Shown here: in pieces, positions 35,653 to 49,240 of the stretch
How positions within the stretch are numbered: position 1 is the first letter of the stretch
Layout: each line of letters starts with the position of its first letter
Assembly: GCA_965153285.1 (NCBI GenBank)
Contig: OZ229112.1
Reading direction: 5' to 3' (one strand)
Origin: Podarcis tiliguerta
Lineage: Eukaryota
DNA: 64,000 nt
Made by a program: the position numbers and the translations under genes
Notes under the pieces: model-generated
Told to the model about the DNA's origin: nothing
What the model saw: only the letters and a program-made list of their open reading frames with translations
Databases searched by the model: none

Positions 35653-36839
35653 AAAATGTATATTGTAAACAAGATATTTAAACTAGAGTATCTTATTCTG
35701 CACTTATGCATTAGTTTAAAACAAAAATAAGATAAAAGGATGTATCAGTCCATTCTTAACTCTTGTAATTTTTTGTCTCTTGTTTGCTGGATCGACTATA
35801 ACTTAAAAGTGCTGATTGTGGTTTTAAAAAGATAGTACCGTAAAGCATTAAAGTAAAACCATGTGCTATTGTGAGTTTTTTCAAAGCTTTATAAAACAGT
35901 TATAAATATATTAAAAGTATTTGGTCTTATGTGAACATGTTGCTCTATATGCTCCTTTAAAAGAAAATGGGAAAACATTCCACCCCATGTAAATATGTGC
36001 GAATTAAAAAAAGCAAAAGGAAAAAATGTGGTGCAATTTCATGTAGATTGTTTGGACACTTAGAGACCTCACCCTGCTCCAAGTGAAGTCAGCGGAAGTT
36101 GTGAATTTGACTTGAACGGAAGCAGGGTCAGGTGATAGGGCAGCACATATCTTTATTAAAGTGTCTTTAAAAAAGAAAAGAAGAAGAAGAATGGAACTCT
36201 GGCTCCCTTGGCTTTGACTATAGCGGAATCAGGCTTCCAGCTCAGGTGAGAAAGCATGTTTGACTGTATAGATCTCTGTTATCGGCGGGGCCGGTAGTTG
36301 TGGTTGTCAGTGCTGGGCACTGCATGCAGCAGGTAGAGCCATGGAAATGACCTGGGGAGCCTCCATACTAGTTGATAGCCAAGGAGCCTAGTCATATTGC
36401 CAAGTAATCTCACTCATATGTGGGGACTTTAGGGTGGGTTCGGGGAGGGAATATTAGACGAAGGCTTTACAGCCATTTCTGGACAACCAAGACAACCGGT
36501 AGGCATTTTCTCACCAGAATAAAAATTACCATCCCCATCCCCATACGTCTTATCTAAAGGAAAAGGTCAGCGGAGAAAATGAATTCTCTCCTTCGAGATT
36601 TAGGGCATTTATAGCATGCAGTGGTTTCAGGAGGAGACGGGAAAGAACCATTGCTTATTTGTTTGGAAGGCATGATGGAGGCCGCTCCCTTCACCCTGAC
36701 CCTCCCCAATATCCATGCATACACCCAAGTCAAGAAAATTCTGGGGTCTTTTCTGTGCTATTTAGTGGATTATAATTCTGTGAAAAAAGTTTGTATATTG
36801 AATTGCAATACATTTAAGGAGTGTTCTTTAAAAAAAAGA

Positions 36840-36845
36840 AATAAA
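36840..36845 (+). terminator. Probable polyadenylation signal AATAAA of HIVEP2
   Basis: Canonical hexamer with upstream TGTA (36792) and a downstream U/GU-rich tract. Confidence 0.65.
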
Positions 36846-37589
36846 TATACAGTTACATTACATACCTAGCGTCTAGTTTTCATGTGTTTTAATTTTTTTT
36901 TTCCAGGCTAGCAATGTCGCTCTTTTAGGCTGCAATCCTATGCCTTCTATATGTATGAATAAGCCCCATAGAAATGAGTCTACTTCCAAATAAAGACTTA
37001 TAGGATTGGACGGCATGTTGCATAATGTGACATTTTGTTGGGCATGAGCACGCATGTAACTGGCCTGGTTTTGCATGAAATAACAGTAAAAGCCGTTGAC
37101 GCTTTGGCTGACTTGCCTATTGCTACGTTTCTGCCAAATCCATTGCACACTTCTGAATAAGGAAAAAATCATCATAAATCATCATCTGAGCACTGCCCAT
37201 ACTCAAACGTTTAAACCTCTTGACCTGAGTATCTTCCAAAGAGATGAGTCAACAACAGCTTGTTGTCTTTAAACAACCTGACAAATCGGTAATTATTAAT
37301 CTGCACATATTTCAGGGTTACAACCCAGCAATGAGTTAAATAAGCAATGCACTTACCTCTATATTCCATTGTAGGGGGGGCGGGAATTAGCAGTGCTAAG
37401 TCTCTGCAGATACCGTGTTCTATGGTAGTAAAATACGACCTACCTCTCTTTGGCTAAATCAGCTTTTAACAAGAGACACAGGGTGTCATTGTTACCCTAG
37501 GCTCATTTTCTTTTAATTTGTTGCTAAAATGTCAATGAAATGTGGATATCTTTGGTTAAATTAAGGCACAGGAATGTGGTATTCTTCCT

Positions 37590-37686
37590 AATTGTGTTTG
37601 CTATGTGTTTGAGCTGATTGCTGTGAACTGCCCTGAGATCTACGGGTGAAGGACTGTATACAAATTTAATAAATAATAATAATAAT
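37590..37686 (+). mobile_element. L2-type 3' tail fragment (similar tails at ~7560-7650 and ~40190-40315)
   Basis: gtgaactgccctgagatctacgggtgaagg...aaattt(aat)n, shared with 40255-40310. Confidence 0.55.
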
Positions 37687-37984
37687 TCCAACATAGTTCC
37701 AGCTCCCCGCTCATTTTTGCACAGTAATATATAGAACACGTTCCTGGACGGACATCTACATGAAAAGGCTAATTTGGATTGGTTTATCCATATCACTTTT
37801 CAGGGACAACCCCTTTAGCAGGACCCAATAGTTATCTGGGATCATTCCTACAAATGGTGGGTGACATAATCTTTGTATTTCTCTCTCACCCCAGGCTTCA
37901 TTATATGGTAGCAGTTTGAACTCATTTATGTAGCGCTGAATATTCCAGAAGAGCTTGTTTTCAAGTAAGAGTATCCAGAACCTA

Positions 37985-38176
37985 GGGAAAGGAATGTAGC
38001 TCAGTATTGGACCACATGCTTTGCATGCAAAAGATGCCACATACAATTCTGGATATCTCCAGTTACTCCAGTCTGAGAAAGAATCCTGTCTGAAACTTTC
38101 CGGAGCTGCTACCAGTTGATGAACACAAGGCTAAACATGGACCAGTGGTCTGGCTCAGTAAGGCAGCCTTCTGTGT
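37985..38176 (+). mobile_element. tRNA-derived SINE with CR1-type tail
   Basis: gtagctcagt box A; tail atggaccagtggtctggctcagtaaggcagc. Related to copies at 44180 and 56632. Confidence 0.65.
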
Positions 38177-39805
38177 AAGCAGCAGCTTTGCATCTTGCAA
38201 ACGCCAGTTTGCATATTGTACTGTCAAACTGAATTCTTCCCTGTCTTTCAGACAAGTCCTAGAACAGGGCCATCCATTTCCAAGGGATTTGAGATCTGCG
38301 CATAAAAATGTAAACTGGAGCTGTGGGAGAGAGGAAATAGGGGCCCAATTCAGACATCCCAGCAAGCTATCCATCTCTATGCAGATACTTTTAAGTGTTT
38401 GCCTTTAGTATCCATCATTGAACTAGAAATAAAACATGAACGAAAAGGATGATCCAATTCTGTAACACAAAAAAATAAGGCTTATGCTTTTTAAAGTAAA
38501 TATGTGTAAAAAGTTTCAGTGAAAAGTTTTCCTGCTTGCCTAGTGCATCATGTCTATAGGGGAGGTATGATCCTGATTTCCTGCTATTGTGTTTTTGCAA
38601 AGTGGTTCATAAATAAAATACCTATTCAGGCTTCCAAATGCTCATGAAGGAAAGATAGGCCTACACGTTTTTTCTGCATTCCCAGAGAAACATCTGGTGC
38701 AGTCTTTATGATATCATCCATCCAGCATCTCACTAAGTGAAAATATCTGTAGAATAAGCTGTTATGCTGTGTCCAGATAAAATATACCTGAATACGTACC
38801 CTAAGCAAGTGGATTACACTTCTAAACACACTCTTGTTTTTCTAGTACTGTCCTGAAGGGTTCAATTAAGTTTTCACAAGTGGAGGGTTGCAGAAACATT
38901 GTCCCAAATCTCTTCCAAACTGAAGATTTGCATACGAAATTCTAACAGCACAAATATCTCTGTGCATTTCTCTCATTGCTGTCTCTTTTTGTTTTGTTTT
39001 TTGTTTTTATTTATATGCATCAAATTTTTAACAACAGTACAAATAAAATGGTGGGAGCACTGCAGATGGTCAGAAACAGACATCTGGCCAGGACTCAACA
39101 AAAAGGCCAAGAAAATCGCATTGTATGTCCTGGAATTTCTCATTTTTCTGCTGAACATAATTTCCATTTACCATAAGTCCTGCTGTATCTACCAAACTCT
39201 TCTTGTTCAAGCTTCCAGACTCTTGCCGTTTGCAATCCTTTACTCAATCTCCAGGGTCCCTTTACTTTGCATTCATAGAACAGCTCTTTCTGCCACCCTC
39301 ACTTAACTCCAGACTCTGCTGCTGCCTGTTTGGAGAGGTTTCCTTTAATCCCAGAGGCTGGCATGGAGCAGGTGTGATGGGGCAGGTATGTATGGTTATG
39401 TGCAGATCCCTTCATTTCTAACAGGACAACTAACAGGACATGCAACTAACAAGACCTGTGGTCATCTCAACTTGGAAAGAGTAACCTGGTAAATTCCAAC
39501 AACTGGATCAATAATTGCCAAGGAGAATTTATGACCCGGAGTAATTCACAGAGAGGTGGGAGAAGGAGATTTTCCATCCCTCCATTTTCCACCACCCACA
39601 AGTGTCCCACACATTCCTGTGGAAGATGTTTCAATGCCTCTTGCTCAAACTAGGAAAACATCTCTCAGAAAACACCCATCAGCAGAAGTCTTGTTTATTT
39701 TAGTACATTCTCAACGCACCTTTTCATTTAGGAAAAGTCCTAAGCAGCTAAAAATAAAAGTAATAGTTAAATAGGATTCAAGTGACTAAGAGATGAAATA
39801 AAATT

Positions 39806-40120
39806 CAGAACCTAAGAAGAGTCTGCTGGTTAAGGCCAGTGGTCCATCTAGGCCAGCATCCTGTTCTCACAGTGGCCGACTAGATGCCTGTGAGAAACCC
39901 ACAGTCAGGATTCCAGCACAAGAGCGCTCTCCCCTCCTGTGGTTTCCAGCAACTGGGTGTTCAGAAGCATTACTGCCTCCAGCAGTGAAGGCAGAACATA
40001 AGCATCAGGATTAGAAGCCACCGGTAGCCTACTCCTCCGTGAATTTGACTAATCATCTTTTAAAGCCATCCAAGTTGGGGGCCATCGCTACAAATTCCAT
40101 AGTTTCACTATGTGATGTGC
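39806..40120 (-). mobile_element. CR1 LINE 3' end
   Basis: agaacctaagaagagtctgctgg...ggtccatctaggccagcatcctgttctcacagtggcc...ttttaaagccatccaagttgg is a typical reptile CR1 3' region in antisense. Confidence 0.8.
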
Positions 40121-42374
40121 CTGCTAAAAAAGAGATAAAAATTAAATGCATTTCAGATATCTTGATATAGTAGGGGGAGGGAGGTTTATTGGTTTGTGTT
40201 TATTGTTCTTGTTTTTATCATGTATTTTGTGTTTTCATGCTGTATTTTTATGTTGCAAACCCTGCTGAGATCTACGGACGAAGGGCGGCATTCAAATTTA
40301 ATGAATAAATAAGAAATGAAACCACCTCTGAAGGAGGTGATAGAAATATGTCAAGGAGAGGGATCTCCAGGGAGCCTCCTCTCTACCAGCCACCTGTCTC
40401 TAGCAAACGAGCCTCAGATCTGGATGAGATACAAAATAGTGCCTCCCCAGCAAATCATAAAGAATGGGCAGGATTATGCCAGACAAGATATTCTTTCGGT
40501 ATCCTGATCTGAAACCATGTAGGGTGTCAGAGGTGAGATGAAGTCCATCTTCCCTTCTCCCCTTCGAACATCAATTTGTAGTAGAGGTTGAGATCCTGAG
40601 AATCTTCCCTCATGGAAAGTGAAATTTGCATACATTTTCCTAGGGGAAGGAAAACTCTTAAGGCACCCAAGCTCATTTTTTTAAAAAATTATTATTTAAA
40701 TGATGCTAGGAGTGATTTTGACTATAGACATACCATCCACAATATCTAGCAAGGTATTGCTAAGTTATAGGAATGAAAAACATCACATTTAAAAAGTACC
40801 GTAATTTGAAAATGATGCTCCCCATCTCCCCCCCCCCCCCACTGGTCTTTCAGATTCTAAAACTTCAGTAGTGATGACATTTTTAGTCACTTGTGTTCTG
40901 AGTGTTTTTAATGCCATGCCAAGTCCTTTGTACGCAAGCTTCTTGACAAGCTGCCTATTTCCGCAAAATCACTGTTGTCAGCTCCATATTGAAAGTGTTA
41001 AGATTCATCAGCGTCACTGTGCTCTGAACAGGTGATGCAAAAAGTGACACCCAGAGAGCCCGCAGGGTGACTGTCCAAAATTTCCTCTAGCAGCCGAGGT
41101 TTGGAATGTGCAGCCAACCCAATTTTCCATATTGTAGCTAATGAAATGCCACAACAGAGTTGGAAGGTGCAGATCAGGCAACAACACAACACAAGTTGCT
41201 GAAATGGCTTACAGGCTGCTAATTAACTCTCACTGCAAATGAGATTTCATTTTTATTTTGGATTGGGGGAGGGGGAGTGGTTTTATTACATTTATTTGGC
41301 TGGCAGCCAATGCTACAACTCACTATGAAGCAAGTAAAGCTGAAGTCCTTCTGCAGCAACATATGGATGTTTGGGAAGGATGAGTCATAAATGGAACCAG
41401 ATGCAAAGAAAAATAAAGCAAGTTATGAAAGAAAGATAGATGGCTGCAACTGTCCTTAAATAGCTATCAGTATTCTTACTTCTGATGCTAAGCCCACTAT
41501 TGTGGGGCAGAACCGTCCAGATTGCGTGCCCTAGCCACGGACAAATTAGCTCTCCTTTCTGCCTGTCCTCCAACCTTCCCCCCATTCAATTCACCCTCTA
41601 TTTAAAACCATTTCTTATGAGGCAATGATCGATATTTATATTTATGGACCTTTTAAAAGCCAATTTTGCGCCCCCCCCAAATCGCTTGCACCTGCTCTTT
41701 TACCTGGTCTTTAGCTGTAACTAAGAGTGAATGTCAAAATGGAGAAAACCCATTTTTTTGCCACCTATTTTCAGGCATTTAAATACATTTAGCTCTTCAG
41801 GTACCTTTAAGTCATTAAAGGGTTAAAATACTCTCAACATTACCCCACATTAACTCTAATCATTGCACCTGTTAAAGGTTTCTTCCTGAGGCAACTGGTT
41901 CTGGCCTTTGGGTGCTTCCTGCAGGAGTTCTCCACTTGGTAAGCATTATTCATAACCACTAGTTTACAGATATTTGGTTGTATCATTAAAATCTGGACAT
42001 CATTTTTTAGATTTTTTGAGAAAGGTTTTCTAGCTTACATCTCAATCCTTATTAATTAGGGGGTTTCTTTGTTTCAATCTAGGGGTTGTTCTATCTTTAG
42101 ATCTTTGTTCTGTTTTTAATTTGCTTTTGTCCTGAGTGTATCTTGTTTTATATTTCTAGTTTTTGCTTAACAAGAGCTCTTATAAACAATTTTATAATTA
42201 CTTTCATATTTACTTACTATAAGACGTTGATAATGCATTGCACATGACTATTGCATTTCCCATTTATTTCTCATATCTATTGTGTCCCTCACAATTGCTA
42301 TTATTCTAAAATCAGTTGGGTCTCAAATGAATATTTCTTCATGCACTTGGAGTCCTTTTCCTCCTGATATCATA

Positions 42375-42837
42375 TGGAGGTCACCAACCTGGGGTCCATA
42401 GGTGCTATGGCACCTCTGAAGGCCCCTGGGTGGGTGCCCCAAACTGTAAGCTTTCATTTTCTTAAAAAGCAAGTCTTCAGCCCCCCTAGAAAGAAAGTCA
42501 TGAGGCAAAAAAATGCAGATACACTCTGAGTGATCTCTGTGAAATGAGATTGGTGCAGCTACCTTGCATATTTTTCCTGGTACCAAGGAATTCTCCCTGT
42601 TGTTTTTAGATAGCAAAAACATTGATGTTTGTGTGTGTGTGAGTGATCTGCGATTTCCTATGGAAAGCCTAGCGCTCTTAGTTGTTGTTGTCTCTCTGTG
42701 ATTTTGTGTTATGCTATGCGCACTGTGGCAGCCATTTTGTGTTGTGTCACGCCCTTTCCATGGCAGCCATTTTGTGACTGGAACCCCTAGCATTCCCTCA
42801 GAGTTCAAAATGTGCCCAAAAACGTTGATGACGCCTG
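42375..42837. mobile_element. hAT-like non-autonomous element
   Basis: Imperfect TIRs ggtcaccaacct ... acgttgatgacgcctg and internal duplicated ggcagccattttgtg. Confidence 0.45.
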
Positions 42838-44020
42838 TCATTGTAAAGGAACAGCAAAACTGTAATTAAGAAGTAAAGGTGAGGTTGCATTTCCACATGT
42901 GCAAAGTCTTCAGGTCGAATTTGATGTGATGCTACTTGCATGTTAAGGTGCAGGTTTTGAAAGGTGCAGTTAGCACCAGCTGAAGATGGCAGTGCACTGT
43001 CAGCTGTGTAAGGGAAATTTAACCCTTTCTTCCCCTGCTGAAGTGCTGAAGGAAATCCCTCATCTAGAAGGTGGTTTTGCATTGAGAGGAAAAAACCCCA
43101 CTGGTGTCAATGGGGGGGATTTGCCCCCAAAGTAAACACCAGCTGCATGTTTCTGGTACTGTAGCCACTGAGAGAATGCAATGTACATGCAACTTATGAA
43201 AGAGGCTTTCTGAAAGCATTCCTAGGAGGACAAAGGTCCTTTCATAAACCCTATACACATGACTTTCAGACACTGAACAGGAGAGCAAACCCCAAGAACA
43301 TTCCCACCTTTCCAGACTCATAAACTGAAGCAAATTATGCCAAGGTCAGACTGGAGAAGATTTAAGCAAGACTTCCTAAGGATGGGATGAAGATATAATA
43401 AAATATTATATTCCAATGTTAAAGCCAGAAAAAAAAGATGTGTCTGCATTTTACCCATCCTAGTAGCGCTTTCTTTGCTGGCAATATTGTGAGAAAGTTT
43501 CTTTCATAAACAAAGCAAGAGTTTTCCCTGATCTCACTGTGGCAGAGTTGTCCCTTCTGGACACACTGTGACAAGCACAGCAGAATAAAGCCTACAAGGG
43601 AACACTTGGCTGTACAGAGAACAGCATGATTTTATGCTCTGTCCACTGCCTTGAAGATTTCTATACAGAAAGGTGGTCTGCACACTAACAAATGAAAATT
43701 AAGCTCAAGAGCAATTTCCGAAATGCTCTGTTCCAAGAGGCATAGCAACAAGAAAAAGCAACCATGTGCTTCCTGAGCCTTCATATCAGCCAGATTTCTA
43801 GGAAATCTTATCTCCTCATGTGAAAGGACAGACTGAAACGGCTGCAAGATGTACCTAAGGCCAACCCTTTTCTTCCTCGGTTAGAGAATTCCATCCATGT
43901 TTTTGTCTGTCTGTTGTTATTCCCTCACTTACTGTCTGTCACAAACACAGCAGAAAATAACAGAGATGGCAGAAGAAAGTCACTCTTACTTAGGGTGCTC
44001 TGAATGGGATTCACTTAAGG

Positions 44021-44164
44021 CAGCCTTCTACAACTCGGCCCTTCCTAGGCATCTTTGGACTACACCTCCTATCAACCCCCATCCCGTAGTATACAGCCTA
44101 TGGTGGGGGATTATGGGAGTTGTAGTCCTGCGACATCAGCAGGGCACCAAGTTGGGGAAGGCTG
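44021..44164. mobile_element. Palindromic hAT-type MITE
   Basis: TIRs CAGCCTTCTACAACT / AGTTGGGGAAGGCTG and internal ggactaca / tgtagtcc inverted pair. Confidence 0.75.
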
Positions 44165-44179
44165 ATGTAAAGTGTAGGG

Positions 44180-44340
44180 GGGGGGAGGGCCATAGCATCT
44201 GCCTTGCACTCAGAAGGTCCTAGGCTCAATCTTTAAGTAGGCCTGGGATACAACCCTGCCTTAACCCCTGACAGCTGCTGCCAGTCAGTGTAGATAATAC
44301 TGAGTTAGATGGACCAATAGAAGGGAACTTCCTTGGTTTC
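44180..44340 (+). mobile_element. tRNA-derived SINE with CR1-type tail (deleted copy)
   Basis: ctgctgccagtcagtgtagataatactgagttagatggaccaat tail. Confidence 0.65.
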
Positions 44341-47300
44341 TGTGTTCCTGTGAAAGACAAAACCAAGTAAGGAGTAGAAATGGGGATCACATAAAATAAG
44401 GATGTGCCTCATTGCAGGGCAGGGGTGATATATATATAACATCTTTCCCCTTCAGACTAGTATTCCATTCTTAATTTTTTCCTCTTACTGCCTCTTCGTC
44501 TCAGCCTAGTATTTCCTCACTTTTGCTTCTCTCCATTTTTCCATACTGTGACATGCTGGCAGGAGGAATAGACTGTGGTGACAATTTAACATTTGACCGT
44601 GCTGTCAGTATTTGATATTTGACACCTGATATTTGTTATTTGATGTGCAATAAAATTTGATGCCTAATTCCTCATATTTGAGTTTTACTGCTTGATTTGA
44701 CAGCCAGGGTTGAGCATTTAATATTTTCTAAGATCTGTTTGAAATTCATTGGTAGCTTTTCCATCATGTGGGTTCATTCCTATATCTAGTATTGCACAGC
44801 CATCAAGATCCCAAATCTCTCCTCTTCGAAACTGGGGCAGGCTCATGCATTTTAATGGCTCAATTCCTGTGTACGCACGTCAACAGAGAATCTGACATTG
44901 GTTTTGAAAAGGAGTCATTTTAAAAAGGAGGTTATTTCTGGCTAAATAGAAAACTACATAGCTTTCCATTTTGTCAGCATCATGTGCTTCAGGGTTTCTT
45001 TCTCTTTTTTACATTTATCTTAATGGTTTCAAGAGCACTAGAGGGATATCTGTGGATAAAAGGAGCTATAGAAGTACCCATTTTCATTTTGTTACAGTCC
45101 TGCATTCAGCCAAAGGACTTCTTTTTCCAGGTATTGTGAATCTCCTTGCATAGCTTAACTCTGAAGTATATAAACCCACTGTAACCTTAAGCACTCGCTC
45201 TCTCAGGTGGGCAACATATGCCTGGCAACCTGCGATGCACAGAGGTCTTTTTATAGCCCACAAACTGCCTAAGAAATTCCATTGTCTTTTTTTGTTAGAT
45301 CAAAGAATGTGGGTTGAGAATGTGGGTTCTCTGGCACCAAGGAGTACTAAAATCACCCCAAAATTTTGTTGTGTTTTATCTCCCCACGATTTCTCAGTCA
45401 ATTCCATGTTTTTGATCCTGATTTACACAGTGTGGTCCTACACCCAAAGGTGCTCCCCACTTCTGCAAAGTTTGCTTACCTTGCCCTTTATTGCTTTTCT
45501 AGCTTGTTTCACCACTTTGATGCCAGATTTGCAGGCACTGCCCTGATCGGAACCATTTGCATTGACTAAGCACTGATGTGCCTATGATGTATATACATTT
45601 CTTTTTCTGGTAGGCTGTTTCATGTGCCCATGAGTGACTCCTCATCAGCCCCAACTAGCACAGCTGATGGGAGCTGCGATCCAAAGCATATGGAAAGCAT
45701 TACATAGTGGGAGGCTGGTTTGAAGCTATTATTTTGTGTGTTCGTTTTGAATCTTCATGTCTGTAGCAAAGCAGGAAGGACGTCACTGATTTCTTATGGG
45801 GTGTGTAAAGAGGTACCTGGCATTCTGGTTTGGACATTGTGGCATGATTGATACTTTTGTGACATGACCTCGTTGTTTGTAAGGTGGCAGTGGGGTTTTA
45901 AATAAGAATTAGAAGAGACCAAAATATTCTGACCCAAGAAAAGGATGGTGTCTCTCTTATAAAGTGAAACTGAGTAGGTGATAGCAAGAGCCATGGAAGA
46001 ATATTCTAGAATGGCTGAGAGCAGTTATTAATATCCCTGTTGCTAGACAATTTTGTTTGAGAGTGTGTGGGCTGCTGCTTTCACATCTCTCAACCCATTT
46101 CACTGTTTTTCTGCAGTGTATTCCATTATGTACGTGACATTCTAATTTCCAGTCACTTAGTGTTCATTGAACTGGTAAGACACAGTTACATTCTGTAAGA
46201 AAACAAGAAGAGGATAATGATATAGTACGGTCATTTTGGGAAAAGGAAGGAATCCTGTTCTACTCAGTAGTATTGTTAGGAAGCATGGACATAATTCAGC
46301 TCAAACTACTAAGCACTTTGGGGATTATGCTGTTGTAGTATTTCTTTATTTCGGGATTTACATCCTACCCTACAAAAACTTTCTTAAGGCCATTTATACA
46401 ACATAATAAAAATAATATTTTAATAAAACACAGATTAAAAATAGCTTACAAAAACACTGCAGTTCTCAGCATCCTTAATCATTGGCCATGCAAGGCAGGG
46501 CTATGTTTTTATAATTTTTTTAAATGGTGGGAGAGGTAGGATTAAGGTGCTTTAACAAACAACAAAATCAGAGAAAAAAATCCTGTTTGCAATCCTATGC
46601 AATAAAAAGTAAGTTATCACAGGATAATTAAGCATGCAATTAACTTGCACTGATTTAACTTGGAAAATCTTAAAGCATGTAATTGTGACTAAATGCTACT
46701 ACCTGCTTTTCATGTATACTCCAAGAAAGAAAAATGCCTCTGAACCAGGTGGGGTACTATGTGCTTATATCAGGTATCCAACATCTGTGGCTTTCCAGAT
46801 GTTGTTGGATCCTAATGGACTGGGGCAAAAAAAAAAAAAAAATAGTGGAAGCCAGTGCAGATGACAGAGGCCTGGCATAATATGATTGTATTGGCTGGTC
46901 CTAGTTAACATCCATGCTGCCCAACTCAAATGTTTGGACCATGTAAGGCAGCCCTACATGTACCTGACTGCAGTAACATGGTACTCAGAGAAGCTACATG
47001 AAATAACTACATCAAACAAAGCAGAGATAAATATCAAGGGCTCCCCCAGATGACCTGTTTCTTCAATCTTATCCTGATTTGCTCACACAAAACTTATGCT
47101 GTGGTTAAACTGTGCCTGGACTTTACAGAATATTTGTTCTGTTTTGTTTATTGGAGCAGTATATGATAATGAGAATTTAGTCTACATTCATTCTGATTTG
47201 CTTGTGTTTACACCTCTTCCCATTAACCGTCTATTGATCCCACACTTTTCGATGCATTTTTCAGTCACTTTCCAAAGTGCAAAAAGGAGGTTTTTGGTTT

Positions 47301-47399
47301 GTTTGCTTTTTTAAAAAAGTGCATTTGTTGTGCTAGTGTGACAGAGTGCTTTAACCCACTTTTAATCACGTAGACCTAAAGTTCTGGTATGTGCAAAAT

Positions 47400-47905
47400 A
47401 CTGTCCATCTATGGGTACCACCCAAAAGCCAAATCCAATGCAATAACAAACTATTATATTAAACAAAAGCAGCAGTCAAAAATGCAGGAGCTGAGAAGGA
47501 ATACAATTAAACATCAAGTCCCTTTTGCTAAAGAAGTTTCAAAATAAATAAATAAATCCTGACAGGTCTCTTCACTCTTTCTACATCCACAAAGCTGCTA
47601 ATAGAAAGGACTCATGACTCATGTTCACTCATCAAAGGGCCTGAGACAATGGCATGGAGAGCAAGGCCTCTATGGGAGGACTATATAAGAGAAAATGGTC
47701 CTCAAGGTAACTGGGTCGTGGACTATTTAGGGCTTTAAAGGCCAAGACCAGTACTTTCTGCTGAGCTCAGAAACCAATAGACAGTGAAAATGACACAGAA
47801 ACAGAGTTATGTGTTCTGAGCAATGAGAACCAAAGTTTGGCCTCTGCATTTTGAACCCATGCAAGTTTCTGGTCTGTTTTTGAAAGGCAGCCCCTTATAG
47901 CACAA
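47400..47905 (-). mobile_element. Degenerate L2 LINE fragment
   Basis: tttagggctttaaaggccaagaccagtacttt and tgcattttgaacccatgcaagtttc are antisense to the VLVL.FKAL and KL..VQNA motifs of L2 ORF2. Confidence 0.6.
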
Positions 47906-49240
47906 GCATAGATCTTTGTGTAGACCATGTGTTCATAACAGAACTAGTTCCAACCCCCACCAGTAAGGAAAATTACATGACTGCAGCTCTCAACAAAGCC
48001 CATGTTGTGTTCATGCCCAGGGTTAAAGGAAGGAGTGAGAAATGCACGGTGGAATGGTGCCCTGACACAGAAACATTATCATCTTGTTGAGTTTCAGTAA
48101 TGTCAGAAGATAAGCTCTCCGGCTTATGTGAGAATGACCGTGTAGCCTTCTCTCCTTTTCTCTCTCTGTCTTCTGCATATGGGGAAAGATGTACAATGAA
48201 GGACGCTGAGCTAGACATGCTGTCAAAGTCAGATCAGAGAGCTGCCTTGAGAAGCACCAACCTCAGGGCAGCTGGAAATGGTGGGTCTTGTTGAAAAGAG
48301 CTGCCGTCCGGTGTCACTGCTGCTGTCAGCTGGCTGACTTCAGACTCTCTGCCCAAGGCTCTTAGCACTGTCACTTTGTGACAAGATTCCCATTCTCATT
48401 CTTAGAGACTGACTATCATCAGGTTTGCTTCTAGGCACTGGCTGCGTAGAGTACAGAGGGGACCCTCGGTAACACTAATATAATGTGAAACCTCTCCGGG
48501 ATAAGAGAGAGATGAAGAAGAGAAACAAGTCAGCCTCTCTTTTTTCTTCTGCTCAGATATTTCTTACACTCCTTGCATACAAAACCAGAATTCACAGATT
48601 GTGTCTGATTCTGCTTATGCACAAGTAAGAAGGGTGCTAATTTCCAGGGATCCAGGGGTGACTGTTGCAATACTTCTCCTGACATGGTGAAAGTGAGTAT
48701 AACCTAAGATGACAAATGCATATATTATGGTTCAGAGCTTATTATGGTTCAGGAAGCTACACTGTGTCAGTCAGAGGCGTCATCTTCTCAAGATGATTGA
48801 GGGGGACCAGGGTTGTAATATCCTGATGTCACACACATGACGTTGTGAGGAGACAGGGGGCAGAGCCAAATGCCTTCTGAACATTGAGGGGCTCCACCCC
48901 CCTAAAAAAAACATTCGGGTGAAAGTGCCTCAGCCCCCCAGGAGCTGGCACCTATGGTGCCAGTGAACATGTGTAATTTGCTGGTATGATCTGCTGAGGT
49001 CCAGTATAATCTCAAAAACCTTCACCCACACCAGACGTAGCTACTCAAGGTACATATTTATATACAGACATTTGTAATTGTTACTTGCAGTGATCTACAT
49101 GTTCCGATGAGTGCAAAAAAATGGTCACACCAACATGCTGAAATGGCCCTAAACTGTTCTCGGTTGAGTTAGCTGGCTTGAACTAACTCAGAACATGGTA
49201 TCCCTTAATTTTCAGAATCTATATTTGGGCAATACCTTTA

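Larger units (their letters stand above)
35077..36865 (+). other. HIVEP2: HIVEP2 3'UTR (~1.8 kb, partly gapped)
   Basis: AU-rich sequence after the stop. AATAAA at 36840-36845 is followed by a T/GT-rich downstream element at 36877-36902. The end is approximate. Confidence 0.7.

Noticed and set aside
33704-35711. ORFs spanning N runs
   Set aside because: Artefacts of translating gaps.
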